Shown in pieces: positions 1 through 8,443 of a stretch of DNA of 64,000 nt (the stretch's first letter is position 1; every line of letters begins with the position of its first letter). The notes under the pieces were generated by a model. That model was not told where the DNA came from, did no database searches, and worked only from the letters and a program-made list of their open reading frames with translations. Origin of the DNA: Kiritimatiellia bacterium (lineage in GTDB: Bacteria > Verrucomicrobiota > Kiritimatiellia > RFP12 > JAAYLN01); assembly GCA_045603485.1 (NCBI GenBank), contig JAZUMF010000118.1, positions 1,216-65,215 of the forward strand, given 5' to 3'. The translations under genes were made by a program, and so were the position numbers.

Positions 1-1074
1 CGTTGATTTGCTCTTTGGAGCCTTGGATGAGATGATGCTTATGTTGTCGGTTGTATTAAAGACGCATCTTTCAACAATAGATGTCATCAGTTGATCCTTA
101 GTGTTGAGGTCATCTATATAGAGGTATCCTGCACTATATATATCATAGCCAGGAGTCTCCCCAAGATTGGCATAGCAATTTTCAAAATAGTTGTTAATTA
201 AAACGGCTCTGGACATTCCACGCAATGCCAGCGCTCCACCGCCAGCGAATGTGCGTTCATTAGCGCATTTGTTTCTTATAAACCGAGAGTTCATTATAGT
301 GATTGTGCCGCCAGTTGTGAAGATTGCGCCACCCCAGGCGCCATTGTTATATGCCGATTGCATCTTATTATCTATAAAATTGCAGTTTTCAATTTTGGTA
401 GTGCAACCTTGTACAAAGAGAGCGCCTCCTCTTGTTTTTACATTGGTTCCTCCTTGTCCGCATCTATTCCCTTCAAATTGGCAATTTGAGAATGTAATAT
501 TGCTATTTAGTGCATATATACCGCCACCGAAAATATTCTGGTTGCTGCCTGAGGGTAGTGTGGTACATGAGCTGATAGTGCAGTTTGATACGACCACATT
601 CGGGCAGTCTGTAAAATAGGCGGCTGCGCCTGCCGCATTCGCTGACACCAATCGCCCATCAGATAAGGTTATGTCGTGGATCTCAATTGATGATGTTGAA
701 CTTGCATTGATAAATCGCGTGTTATAGCTGGTGTTACGATTGAGTTTTGTGATTGCCGTGCCACGCTCAAGCGAGCCGTCGGTCGTGGCTGCATAACCAC
801 CGCTGATTTTTATTGGGATTTTAATTGAAGATAAGATTACTTGCTGTGTAATTGAGTACTCTCCGCCAGCATAATAGATATTTATCTCGGCTGCTCCTGA
901 ATTTATTGCGGCAGTAATGGCGGCATTGACATAACAGCCATGTGGCTCAACTGCATTGGACCAGCTTGCGCCAGATTTATCACCATTTCCGTTCGGTGAA
1001 ACAAATATATCAGCGCCAAGCAGATTTACTGTGACGATCAATGCGGTAAAAAAGGCTGAATGTTTTAGTGTCAT
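1..1074 (-). CDS. Secreted parallel beta-helix protein with Pmp-like GGA(I/L)/FxxN repeats (runs off the left edge; absent from ORF track)
   Basis: Manual translation of minus strand from ATG at 1074 (RBS AGGAG at 1081-1085) stays open to base 1: MTLKHSAFFTALIVTVNLLGADIFVSPNGNGDKSGASWSNA..., later GGGIY..FEGN..GGALF..FIDN..WGGAIF..FIRN..GGGAL. Confidence 0.8.
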   Translation of the reverse strand, partial: MTLKHSAFFTALIVTVNLLGADIFVSPNGNGDKSGASWSNAVEPHGCYVNAAITAAINSGAAEINIYYAGGEYSITQQVILSSIKIPIKISGGYAATTDGSLERGTAITKLNRNTSYNTRFINASSTSSIEIHDITLSDGRLVSANAAGAAAYFTDCPNVVVSNCTISSCTTLPSGSNQNIFGGGIYALNSNITFSNCQFEGNRCGQGGTNVKTRGGALFVQGCTTKIENCNFIDNKMQSAYNNGAWGGAIFTTGGTITIMNSRFIRNKCANERTFAGGGALALRGMSRAVLINNYFENCYANLGETPGYDIYSAGYLYIDDLNTKDQLMTSIVERCVFNTTDNISIISSKAPKSKST

Positions 1075-1287
1075 AAATAACTCCTTAATATGCTTATATG
1101 ATATCAAATTTAGACTATAGGTTCAAAGAATTAATTTTAGGGTGTGCCAATGTTGCCGAAAAGCAATGTAAAATTTTTCTTGACCATTCTATAATATTTT
1201 TATAACTTATGTAATGTGGTTTTATCTTTCGTGGCGTGTTGCCATCAGGTAAAAACAAAAACTAATCAACCTATGGAGTAAACTATC

Positions 1288-2064
1288 ATGAATCTCTCAA
1301 AAAGCATCGTTGCCGCTGCTCTCGTAAGCACCATTTTTGCAGGTGCCGCAATTGCAGATGAAGCTGCTGAAAAACTTTTCACCGGATATGTCGGCGCATC
1401 AGCCAAGACGGGCTACCTTTCAAATGGTAAGCTCTTTGTTGATGACCCTGTTCTTCAGCCTTATGCCGGTATTGATTTCTGTGGCTTCAATTTTGATATT
1501 TGGGCCAGCCAGGATCTCAAGGACGATGAGGAAAATGGCTACGAAGAGATTGACTATACTCTCACATATTCGGGCGCTTTCGGTGATGTCGGATACTCAA
1601 TCGGTGCTACCATTTGGGCATACGACAACTCGCAGAATGATTACCGTGCATTCGCAAGCGTTTCTTACAATGCACTTCCTGTAACCCCGTCTGTCTATGT
1701 CCGCTACAATATTGACAACTGCTACAATGATGATCACGGCATCTATGGTCAGTTCAAGCTCGCCAAGGGCTTTGACCTTTGCGATAATCTCAGCCTCAGC
1801 CTCAGCGCTCTCGTTGGCTATGCTGACAGCGATTACCGCAAGACCAGCTGGGCAAAGGATAACTGCGGCTTCCTCGATTTCGAAGCCAATGTAGAGCTTT
1901 CTTACTCTGTTACCGATCAGCTTTCTCTCAGCCTCGGCTGCACCTACAGCTCAATCCTCGACAACGATATCCGCGATTTCGAGGATGATCCTGAGACAAG
2001 CCTCCAGGCTGATGGCGAGAGCGATCATGTCATCGGTTACTTCGGCGCCTGCATTTCTCTCTAA
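1288..2064 (+). CDS. Outer-membrane beta-barrel, TorF/Gcw_chp (TIGR02001-like) putative porin
   Basis: Signal peptide, alternating amphipathic strands (PVLQPYAGIDFCGFNFDIWAS, EEIDYTLTY), C-terminal GYFGACISL; RBS GGAG upstream; biased codon usage. Confidence 0.65.
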   Translation: MNLSKSIVAAALVSTIFAGAAIADEAAEKLFTGYVGASAKTGYLSNGKLFVDDPVLQPYAGIDFCGFNFDIWASQDLKDDEENGYEEIDYTLTYSGAFGDVGYSIGATIWAYDNSQNDYRAFASVSYNALPVTPSVYVRYNIDNCYNDDHGIYGQFKLAKGFDLCDNLSLSLSALVGYADSDYRKTSWAKDNCGFLDFEANVELSYSVTDQLSLSLGCTYSSILDNDIRDFEDDPETSLQADGESDHVIGYFGACISL

Positions 2065-2091
2065 TTTGCAGTCCTGAAATGGCTAATACCG

Positions 2092-2148
2092 AGAACCCCC
2101 TGTCATTGGGCATCCGCAAGGCGGTCCCCCGACCGGGGGTTCTTTTTT
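2092..2148 (+). terminator. Long irregular hairpin plus T-run between porin and potA (intrinsic terminator)
   Basis: AGAACCCCC (2092-2100) pairs with GGGGGTTCT (2135-2143), inner GTC/GAC and CCGC-AAG-GCGG stems, followed by TTTTTT. Confidence 0.7.
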
Positions 2149-2203
2149 GACCAAATATCAAGTTTTTCATAAGAAAACAATCGACTGGGAATCTGCACAG
2201 GAA

Positions 2204-3364
2204 ATGAGCGAGTTTTTGGAATTTGTTGGTGTTTCGAAACGCTTCGGTTCTGTTAAGGCCGTAAATAATGTTTCGTTTTCCGTTAAACGCGGCGAGTTCT
2301 TTTCTCTTTTAGGTCCAAGCGGTTGCGGTAAGACAACCTTGCTTAGGTTGATTGCCGGATTTGAGCAGCCTGATGAGGGGCGTATCCTTCTTGACGGAAT
2401 GGATATTACTCAACTCCCGCCACACCGTCGCCCTGTCAATACGGTTTTCCAAAACTATGCACTCTTCCCTCACATGACGGTCTTTGACAATATCGCCTTT
2501 GGCCTTCGTATTGCTCATCGCCCAAAGGCTGAGATTGAGGAAGAGGTGATGAAGATGCTTAAGCTTGTCCAGATGGAGGACAAGGCATATCATTTCCCAA
2601 ATCAGATCAGCGGCGGTCAAAAGCAAAGGGTTGCCATTGCCCGCGCATTGGTAAATAAGCCTCGCGTTTTGCTTCTTGACGAGCCTCTTGCGGCACTTGA
2701 CTTGAAGCTTCGCCAGCGTATGTTGCTTGAGCTTGATTTGATTCACGATCAAGTAGGTATCACATTCCTTTATGTGACTCACGATCAAGGCGAGGCGATG
2801 TCGCTTTCTGATCGCATCGCCGTAATGCATTCAGGCGTTACGGAGCAAATCGGGCCTCCTGCTGAGGTCTATGAGGCTCCAAAAACGAGTTTTGTCGCAT
2901 CGTTTATCGGCGACACCAATTTCTTTGAGGGTATCGTTACTTCACTGCCTGAGGACGATTACTGCCGTGTTGAGCTTGAGGACTTTGGTGATGTCCTTTG
3001 CTATAATGACAAGAAGAAGAATGTCGGCGGCAAAGTGAAGCTTTCGCTGCGCCCAGAAAAGTTCTGCATTTCAATTGATCCTCCTAAGCGCCAATTTGCT
3101 CACATGAATGCCCTTCGCGCAAAGGTTGAGGATATTATCTATTCAGGCAACCATACCAACTATTGGGTTAGTGTAGGGTCTCGCCGCATAGCCGTCTACC
3201 AGCAGCATGTAGCATATCTTCTTGATGAAAAGCCCATACGATGGGGAGATGAAGTTTGGCTCTTTTGGAATGCCGACAATGGCTATATGCTCGATGACGA
3301 GAACTCCAATATTGCTGAAAACGCTTCAAATAAAATTGAAGTTGAGAGCGAAGGCGCAAAATGA
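2204..3364 (+). CDS. potA: Spermidine/putrescine ABC transporter ATP-binding subunit
   Basis: Walker A GPSGCGKTT, signature ISGGQKQR, LLLDEP, C-terminal TOBE-like region; ATG at 2204 preferred over the TTG at 2147. Confidence 0.9.
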   Translation: MSEFLEFVGVSKRFGSVKAVNNVSFSVKRGEFFSLLGPSGCGKTTLLRLIAGFEQPDEGRILLDGMDITQLPPHRRPVNTVFQNYALFPHMTVFDNIAFGLRIAHRPKAEIEEEVMKMLKLVQMEDKAYHFPNQISGGQKQRVAIARALVNKPRVLLLDEPLAALDLKLRQRMLLELDLIHDQVGITFLYVTHDQGEAMSLSDRIAVMHSGVTEQIGPPAEVYEAPKTSFVASFIGDTNFFEGIVTSLPEDDYCRVELEDFGDVLCYNDKKKNVGGKVKLSLRPEKFCISIDPPKRQFAHMNALRAKVEDIIYSGNHTNYWVSVGSRRIAVYQQHVAYLLDEKPIRWGDEVWLFWNADNGYMLDDENSNIAENASNKIEVESEGAK

Positions 3365-4230
3365 CGAAGAAGTTTCGTGAAGTATGCGCGACGGCGCCGT
3401 CGCTATTGTGGCTGGCGATTTTATTGATTATACCGACCTTTCTAGTCTTGACTTTTGCCTTTAAGACATCAGACCCATACGGCGGTATCGGTACTGAATG
3501 GACTTTGGCTTCTTTGCGCTCGCTTGGCAACCCAAGTTACCCAGCAATTATCTGGCGCACTGTCTGGCAAAGTGTTGCAACAACTTTTATTTGTGTCGCC
3601 CTGTCGATTCCCATGGGTTATTTCATGGCGCGTACAACAGAGCGTGTAAGGCGTTTTTTGATGGTCCTTACAATTCTTCCTTTTTGGATTTGCTTTATTT
3701 TGCGTGTCTTTGCATGGATGAGTCTTCTTCATCCGCTTGGCTTCATCAAAACGACATTGGCGTCAATAGGACTGATTGCTCCGGACGCGCAGCTCCTTTA
3801 TTCATCGGGCGCCGTTCTGCTCGTTATGGTCTACAATCATCTTCCATTTGCGATACTCCCGATTTATGCGGCTTCAGAGAAGTTTGATTTCCAGCTTTTG
3901 GAGGCGGCGTCCGATTTAGGCGCAACCAGATGGCGTGCTTTCAGTACTGTATTCATACCAGGTATTAAGGCCGGTATTTTTGCCGCAATCCTGATGGTTC
4001 TGATTCCAGCCTTGGGTGAGTATGTTATTCCAGATATGGTGGGCGGCCCTGGGTCTGAAATGATTGGCAATAAGATTGCACAGCGCGTTCAAAACGATCG
4101 TAATTTGCCCCATGCCTGCGCGTTATCTGCCGCACTTATGCTTTTTGTCCTCGGGCCTATGCTCGCCGTAATGATTGGCCGCCGCCGTGGCGACGGTAAA
4201 ACAAAAATCAATGGAGCTATGCTGTCATGA
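3361..4230 (+). CDS. potB: Spermidine/putrescine ABC transporter permease
   Basis: Multi-TM protein with EAA loop LLEAASDLGA; 4-nt overlap with potA. Confidence 0.88.
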   Translation: MTKKFREVCATAPSLLWLAILLIIPTFLVLTFAFKTSDPYGGIGTEWTLASLRSLGNPSYPAIIWRTVWQSVATTFICVALSIPMGYFMARTTERVRRFLMVLTILPFWICFILRVFAWMSLLHPLGFIKTTLASIGLIAPDAQLLYSSGAVLLVMVYNHLPFAILPIYAASEKFDFQLLEAASDLGATRWRAFSTVFIPGIKAGIFAAILMVLIPALGEYVIPDMVGGPGSEMIGNKIAQRVQNDRNLPHACALSAALMLFVLGPMLAVMIGRRRGDGKTKINGAMLS

Positions 4231-5003
4231 ACAAATCCTCGCGCATCCCGCTCCTTACGACGATTGCGATTTTGCTTTTCTTTTACATTCCAATCGCAGT
4301 CTTGATCGTCAACTCTTTTAATGCCTCGTCAACCGACGGGTCTTGGGAAGGCTTTACATTAAAATGGTATGAAAGACTATTCTCTAACGGTGAGATTTGG
4401 GATTCCATACGAAATTCGTTGATTGTCGGCGTAACATCCACTCTCGTCTCGACGATTTTGGGAACTTGTGCCGCTTTTGCACTTTATAAGTATTCAAATA
4501 CGAGATTGCAAAAGGCTCACAGCATAGTTCTGTATATGCCGTTGGTCGTCCCAGAGATTTTGATGGGTATATCTTTGTTGATGTTTTTTATCGCGATAAA
4601 GCTTCCGTTAGGATTATTCGCGATTTTTGTCGCTCATGTCACATTTTCAATGAGCTATGTAGCGATGGTTGTTCTATCAAGGCTTCAGGATTTTGATGCA
4701 ACTCTTCTTGAGGCTGCGATGGATTTAGGGGCTAACGCGTGGGTTACAGCACGCAAAATCATGTTGCCTTTGATTGCACCTGGCATTATCGCAGGAGGAC
4801 TCTTGGCCTTTACCCTCTCCGTTGATGATTTTGTCATTACATTTTTTGTGTCGGGACCTGGTTCAACAACACTTCCTGTCAAGGTTTACAGCATGATTCG
4901 CCATAGTCGAGAGTTGCCTGTAATTAACGCATTGTCGACTTTGATGATGGTTGTTACTTTTGCAATAGTGCTGTTTTCACAGCGACAGGAAAGAAAACGC
5001 TGA
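4227..5003 (+). CDS. potC: Spermidine/putrescine ABC transporter permease
   Basis: LLEAAMDLGA EAA motif, SVDDFVITFF, GFTLKWY; overlaps potB. Confidence 0.88.
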   Translation: MNKSSRIPLLTTIAILLFFYIPIAVLIVNSFNASSTDGSWEGFTLKWYERLFSNGEIWDSIRNSLIVGVTSTLVSTILGTCAAFALYKYSNTRLQKAHSIVLYMPLVVPEILMGISLLMFFIAIKLPLGLFAIFVAHVTFSMSYVAMVVLSRLQDFDATLLEAAMDLGANAWVTARKIMLPLIAPGIIAGGLLAFTLSVDDFVITFFVSGPGSTTLPVKVYSMIRHSRELPVINALSTLMMVVTFAIVLFSQRQERKR

Positions 5004-5017
5004 TCGATAGCCCTCTC

Positions 5018-5046
5018 TTGACTTAATGTGAAAAGTGGATTAAAAT
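5018..5046 (+). promoter_or_regulatory. Sigma70-type promoter for the beta-helix gene
   Basis: TTGACT (5018-5023), 17-nt spacer, TAAAAT (5041-5046). Confidence 0.55.
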
Positions 5047-5079
5047 TTTTTATCATTAATGGTAAAGGAAGGATTGGAA

Positions 5080-6354
5080 ATGAAGTTTTTAGGATTGCTT
5101 ACATGTTGCTTTTTAGCTTTTGGATGTTACCTTTATGCTGAAAATGATGTCGTTTATCATGTAGACCCGATTGATAATCCGAATATTGTTTCAATCGTGG
5201 CTAGTGCCGCACCTTCGTCGACCGTCTATGTGGCAAAGGGCGAATATAAGATAACATCTTCGCTTGCACCTGCAAATGGCGTAAGGATTATCGGTGCTAC
5301 GGGTAAGTATGAAGATGTTATTATCAATGCTCAAGGCAAATGTCGCGTCATTTTAGCTGATAAAGGAAAAAATTATATTTCAGGCATGACTTTGACCGGT
5401 GGTTATTTACATGCAACAAAATCGGCAAATGCAACTCAGGGCGGTGGTATTAAATTGACAGGAGGCGGAGTCATTACCAATTGTCGAATAACGGCATGCT
5501 CTAGCGGAAATTTTATTAGTGGTATTGGGATGTATCTCAATAGCTCCTATTGTTATGATGTTTTGATTGATAATTGCACTCATGCTGCTACACCTAACTC
5601 TACTGCTACTTCACAGGAGTCAACAGGCTACATCGTATCACTCTATGGCGCAAGTGTAATGGATCGTACTCGTGTAGTTCGAAATATAATCAAGCATGGT
5701 AAACATAAACAAGATGACAGTTGGGGAGGCGTACTTTCAATTGCAAACAGTGGTGCTACATATGCTTCGTCTTGTATAGTCAGGAATTGTGAGATAGCAC
5801 ATAATATTTTTGAAAATTATCTTAGAACGGGTAAGGGCACAACCTTTGGCTCGATTGGCGTCTCAATTGGTGCGGGTATTTTGGAAAATTGCACAGTTGT
5901 GAGTAATGTTGTTTTAAATGCTGAGACTGCTGTTTCAGGGACTTCAAATGATGAAGGCGCTTGTGGTGTTGTCGTTTATCCGTCAAACAACGCTACTGTC
6001 AGTAATTGCCATATTGCGGATAATTTCTACAAGGGTATTTTGCGAAATTATTCAACGATAATCAACAATGCAAGCAATGCATCGTATCATAAACGATTTG
6101 TCTATTGCTGCACATATCCGGCAAACGCTAATTTACCAAATTCATGCGTAATTACCAGCGATTCAAAATATCGCATTGATGAAAGAGGGCATGTTAGAAT
6201 AGCAAGAAAGTCTCCGTTGATTGGAGCAGGGCAGCTCCAGAGCTGGATGGCTGATGCAAAGGATGTCTACGGCAAGCTTCGAGTGCGTTCAGGCTCCGTA
6301 GATATTGGCGCGGTAGAGTATATCCCGGATACATCGTTTTTTATGGTTCGATAG
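5080..6354 (+). CDS. Secreted parallel beta-helix protein with C-terminal choice-of-anchor Q-like domain
   Basis: Signal peptide MKFLGLLTCCFLAFGCYLYA; GGGIKL and ITNCRI beta-helix repeats; C-terminal SPLIGAG...DVYGKLRVRSGSVDIGAVEY. Confidence 0.65.
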   Translation: MKFLGLLTCCFLAFGCYLYAENDVVYHVDPIDNPNIVSIVASAAPSSTVYVAKGEYKITSSLAPANGVRIIGATGKYEDVIINAQGKCRVILADKGKNYISGMTLTGGYLHATKSANATQGGGIKLTGGGVITNCRITACSSGNFISGIGMYLNSSYCYDVLIDNCTHAATPNSTATSQESTGYIVSLYGASVMDRTRVVRNIIKHGKHKQDDSWGGVLSIANSGATYASSCIVRNCEIAHNIFENYLRTGKGTTFGSIGVSIGAGILENCTVVSNVVLNAETAVSGTSNDEGACGVVVYPSNNATVSNCHIADNFYKGILRNYSTIINNASNASYHKRFVYCCTYPANANLPNSCVITSDSKYRIDERGHVRIARKSPLIGAGQLQSWMADAKDVYGKLRVRSGSVDIGAVEYIPDTSFFMVR

Positions 6355-6506
6355 AACTCATAATTTTCTTGAACCCTAAGTTCCGCAAATTCTCTGATTT
6401 TGGCAAGACCTGAACGCTCGACCGCTTCTTTCATTTCATCATTTAGCTTGAAGCGGCCGCGAAATTTTGAGTTTGACAGTTTTATCAGAGCTTCGGGGAT
6501 TGTCAT
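6267..6506 (-). pseudogene. Truncated DUF4186-like gene
   Basis: N-terminus LIKLSNSKFRGRFKL...GLAKIREFAELRV resembles DUF4186 start; the conserved C-terminal half (GHPVF..QHATA.CCR) is absent and the frame runs into the antisense of the neighbour. Confidence 0.5.
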
Positions 6507-6508
6507 TT

Positions 6509-7882
6509 CTAGTCAGATGGATTATCGCGTGTCAAGTCCTTGACCCAGATGTAGCGTCTGAAGTGATTGAATACCCAGGGGATTTTACCGACTTCGTCAA
6601 TGCAAGTGCAGCCATAAACGAGAAGTATCGGCCAATGAAAGACGAAGGCGCCCAAGAAGGCAAGCGGCACCGCGAGACCCCACATGCAAACAGCAAGGCT
6701 GTACATATCGAAGAGCGTGTCTCCTCCCGCACCGAATACTCCGTTAATCACTATTGTATTGATGCAGCGGCCGATCATGTAAACAGAAAGTATGTAGAAC
6801 ATTCCATGGAGAAGTTCACGCGCCTCTGCTGTCAACTTCATGTTGTCGATTACAACTGGCGCGAGAAGAAGAACCGCCACCATTGTCAAAAGGCCAACTA
6901 TGATTGAGAGAATCGCCGATCTGCAACCATAGAGTTTGCCAAGCTCGAGTTTTCCAGCGCCAAGCTCGTTGCCTACTACAATTATTGTAGCCGCCGCCAT
7001 ACCGTCTGTTAGACAGCAGAGCAGATCGCGCAAAACCGCGGCAGCTGCATTTGCCGCCGCTGCGTCTTCGCCTAAATGGCCGAGAACGGCAGTGTAAGAT
7101 GAAAAACCGACTCCCCAGAAGAAAACGCCGCCCAGAAGTGGAAGTACGCATTTTCTAAAGTCTGCCGACAGGGTGGGGGTGCGTTCTAAAATGCGACGCC
7201 ATTCGGCTTTGACGGCATTGCGATTGAAGCTGGAGGTGATTGCTGCCAACAGTTCAGCAATGCGGGCTATTAGCGTTGCGAGAGCAGCACCTTTAACTCC
7301 AAGAGCGGGAAGTCCGAAAAGACCGTATATGAGGATACTGTTTAAGATGATGTTTAGGATAACGGCACCGCCGCCTATGTACGCCGATAGTGTTGCTCTA
7401 TCTGTGACTTTGAGGATTGTCAGATAACATTGCGAAATTCCTGTGATCAGATATGAGATTCCAGCTATTTTCAGATATTGTGCGCCGATTGCTATCAAAG
7501 GCCCGTCTTTCGCAAAGATATGCATCAAGGCTTCTGGACAAAAGATACAGAGAAGCGCAACGATAAATGACATGACGCCAATTGTGCGAAGTCCAATTCT
7601 AAATATCTTTCCGATAGTTTCAGTATCGCCCTTTCCCCAGTATTGCGCTCCAAGTATCGACAGACCAGAAGTAATGGCGAAAATTACCATATTTTGAAGA
7701 AATTGCACCTGTGTGGCCAATGATACCGCCGCCATAGCATTTTGGTCTAATCTGCCAAGCATAAATGCATCGCATACAGCAACAAGCGCAACAAGGAAGG
7801 CTTGCAGCGTGATCGGCAAAGCAAGCTTGAAAAGTTTTTTATAAAATTGCGTGTCGGTAAAAAGTCCGTCAAAGATTTTCAT
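6509..7882 (-). CDS. MATE family efflux transporter
   Basis: 12-TM pattern, LALPITLQ, DAFMLGRL, LGAQYWGKGD, GLPALGVKGAALAT, GNELGAG. Confidence 0.9.
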   Translation of the reverse strand: MKIFDGLFTDTQFYKKLFKLALPITLQAFLVALVAVCDAFMLGRLDQNAMAAVSLATQVQFLQNMVIFAITSGLSILGAQYWGKGDTETIGKIFRIGLRTIGVMSFIVALLCIFCPEALMHIFAKDGPLIAIGAQYLKIAGISYLITGISQCYLTILKVTDRATLSAYIGGGAVILNIILNSILIYGLFGLPALGVKGAALATLIARIAELLAAITSSFNRNAVKAEWRRILERTPTLSADFRKCVLPLLGGVFFWGVGFSSYTAVLGHLGEDAAAANAAAAVLRDLLCCLTDGMAAATIIVVGNELGAGKLELGKLYGCRSAILSIIVGLLTMVAVLLLAPVVIDNMKLTAEARELLHGMFYILSVYMIGRCINTIVINGVFGAGGDTLFDMYSLAVCMWGLAVPLAFLGAFVFHWPILLVYGCTCIDEVGKIPWVFNHFRRYIWVKDLTRDNPSD

Positions 7883-8020
7883 TTGATCTCCAAGGTATAG
7901 AAGTATAATTATAACATAAAATCGTTTTGTTTATTGAGGATGCTATCGCGAATTTAACATTGCGGTAGGGGTTGCCCTATTTGTAAATATCTGTGAATTC
8001 TTTTTTTAATTAAATAATTT

Positions 8021-8029
8021 TGATATAAT
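8021..8029 (+). promoter_or_regulatory. Extended -10 promoter at head of T3SS operon
   Basis: TG-A-TATAAT at 8021-8029, no good -35, ATG 5 nt downstream with no SD. Confidence 0.5.
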
Positions 8030-8034
8030 ATTAA

Positions 8035-8430
8035 ATGATGATTACTAGACTTGCAAATGCTATAGAATATCCTGCAGAGGTGCCTACGGGTGCTTCTTCT
8101 TTTGCATTCCATATTGATGACAGTGTTACTTTCGTTGAAAATATGGGATCTAGGCTTATTTTAAGACACGATCTTGAGCTCACTCAAGATGATTTGTCGC
8201 AGTTTGCTGTCTACGCGTCAGGTAGAATGTTGCGTGAAGAAGCTGTCCTTGGATGGGATGAGCGTTCTGAAAAAGTTTTTTTATGGAGAGAGATTCCTTC
8301 TGGGGCTGATGCCGCGGAAATGCGGTTGGCCTTTGAGGATTTTTTGGATTCATGCGATTGGTGGGAATCGCGCGTTGGTGAGCTCCATGCACCACGGACG
8401 GTATTTCCGGATATTATGATAAAACCCTGA
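8035..8430 (+). CDS. YscB-like class I T3SS chaperone
   Basis: 131-aa acidic protein with GRMLREEAVLGWDERSEKVFLWREI resembling YscB/CesT fold; precedes sctC as yscB does in Yersinia. Confidence 0.6.
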   Translation: MMITRLANAIEYPAEVPTGASSFAFHIDDSVTFVENMGSRLILRHDLELTQDDLSQFAVYASGRMLREEAVLGWDERSEKVFLWREIPSGADAAEMRLAFEDFLDSCDWWESRVGELHAPRTVFPDIMIKP

Positions 8431-8443
8431 TGCTGGAGTAACG

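Noticed and set aside
191..619. 142-aa plus-strand ORF
   Set aside because: Antisense shadow of the real minus-strand beta-helix gene (1-1074).
2309..2830. 173-aa antisense ORF over potA
   Set aside because: Fully nested opposite a conserved ABC ATPase; no coding signal.
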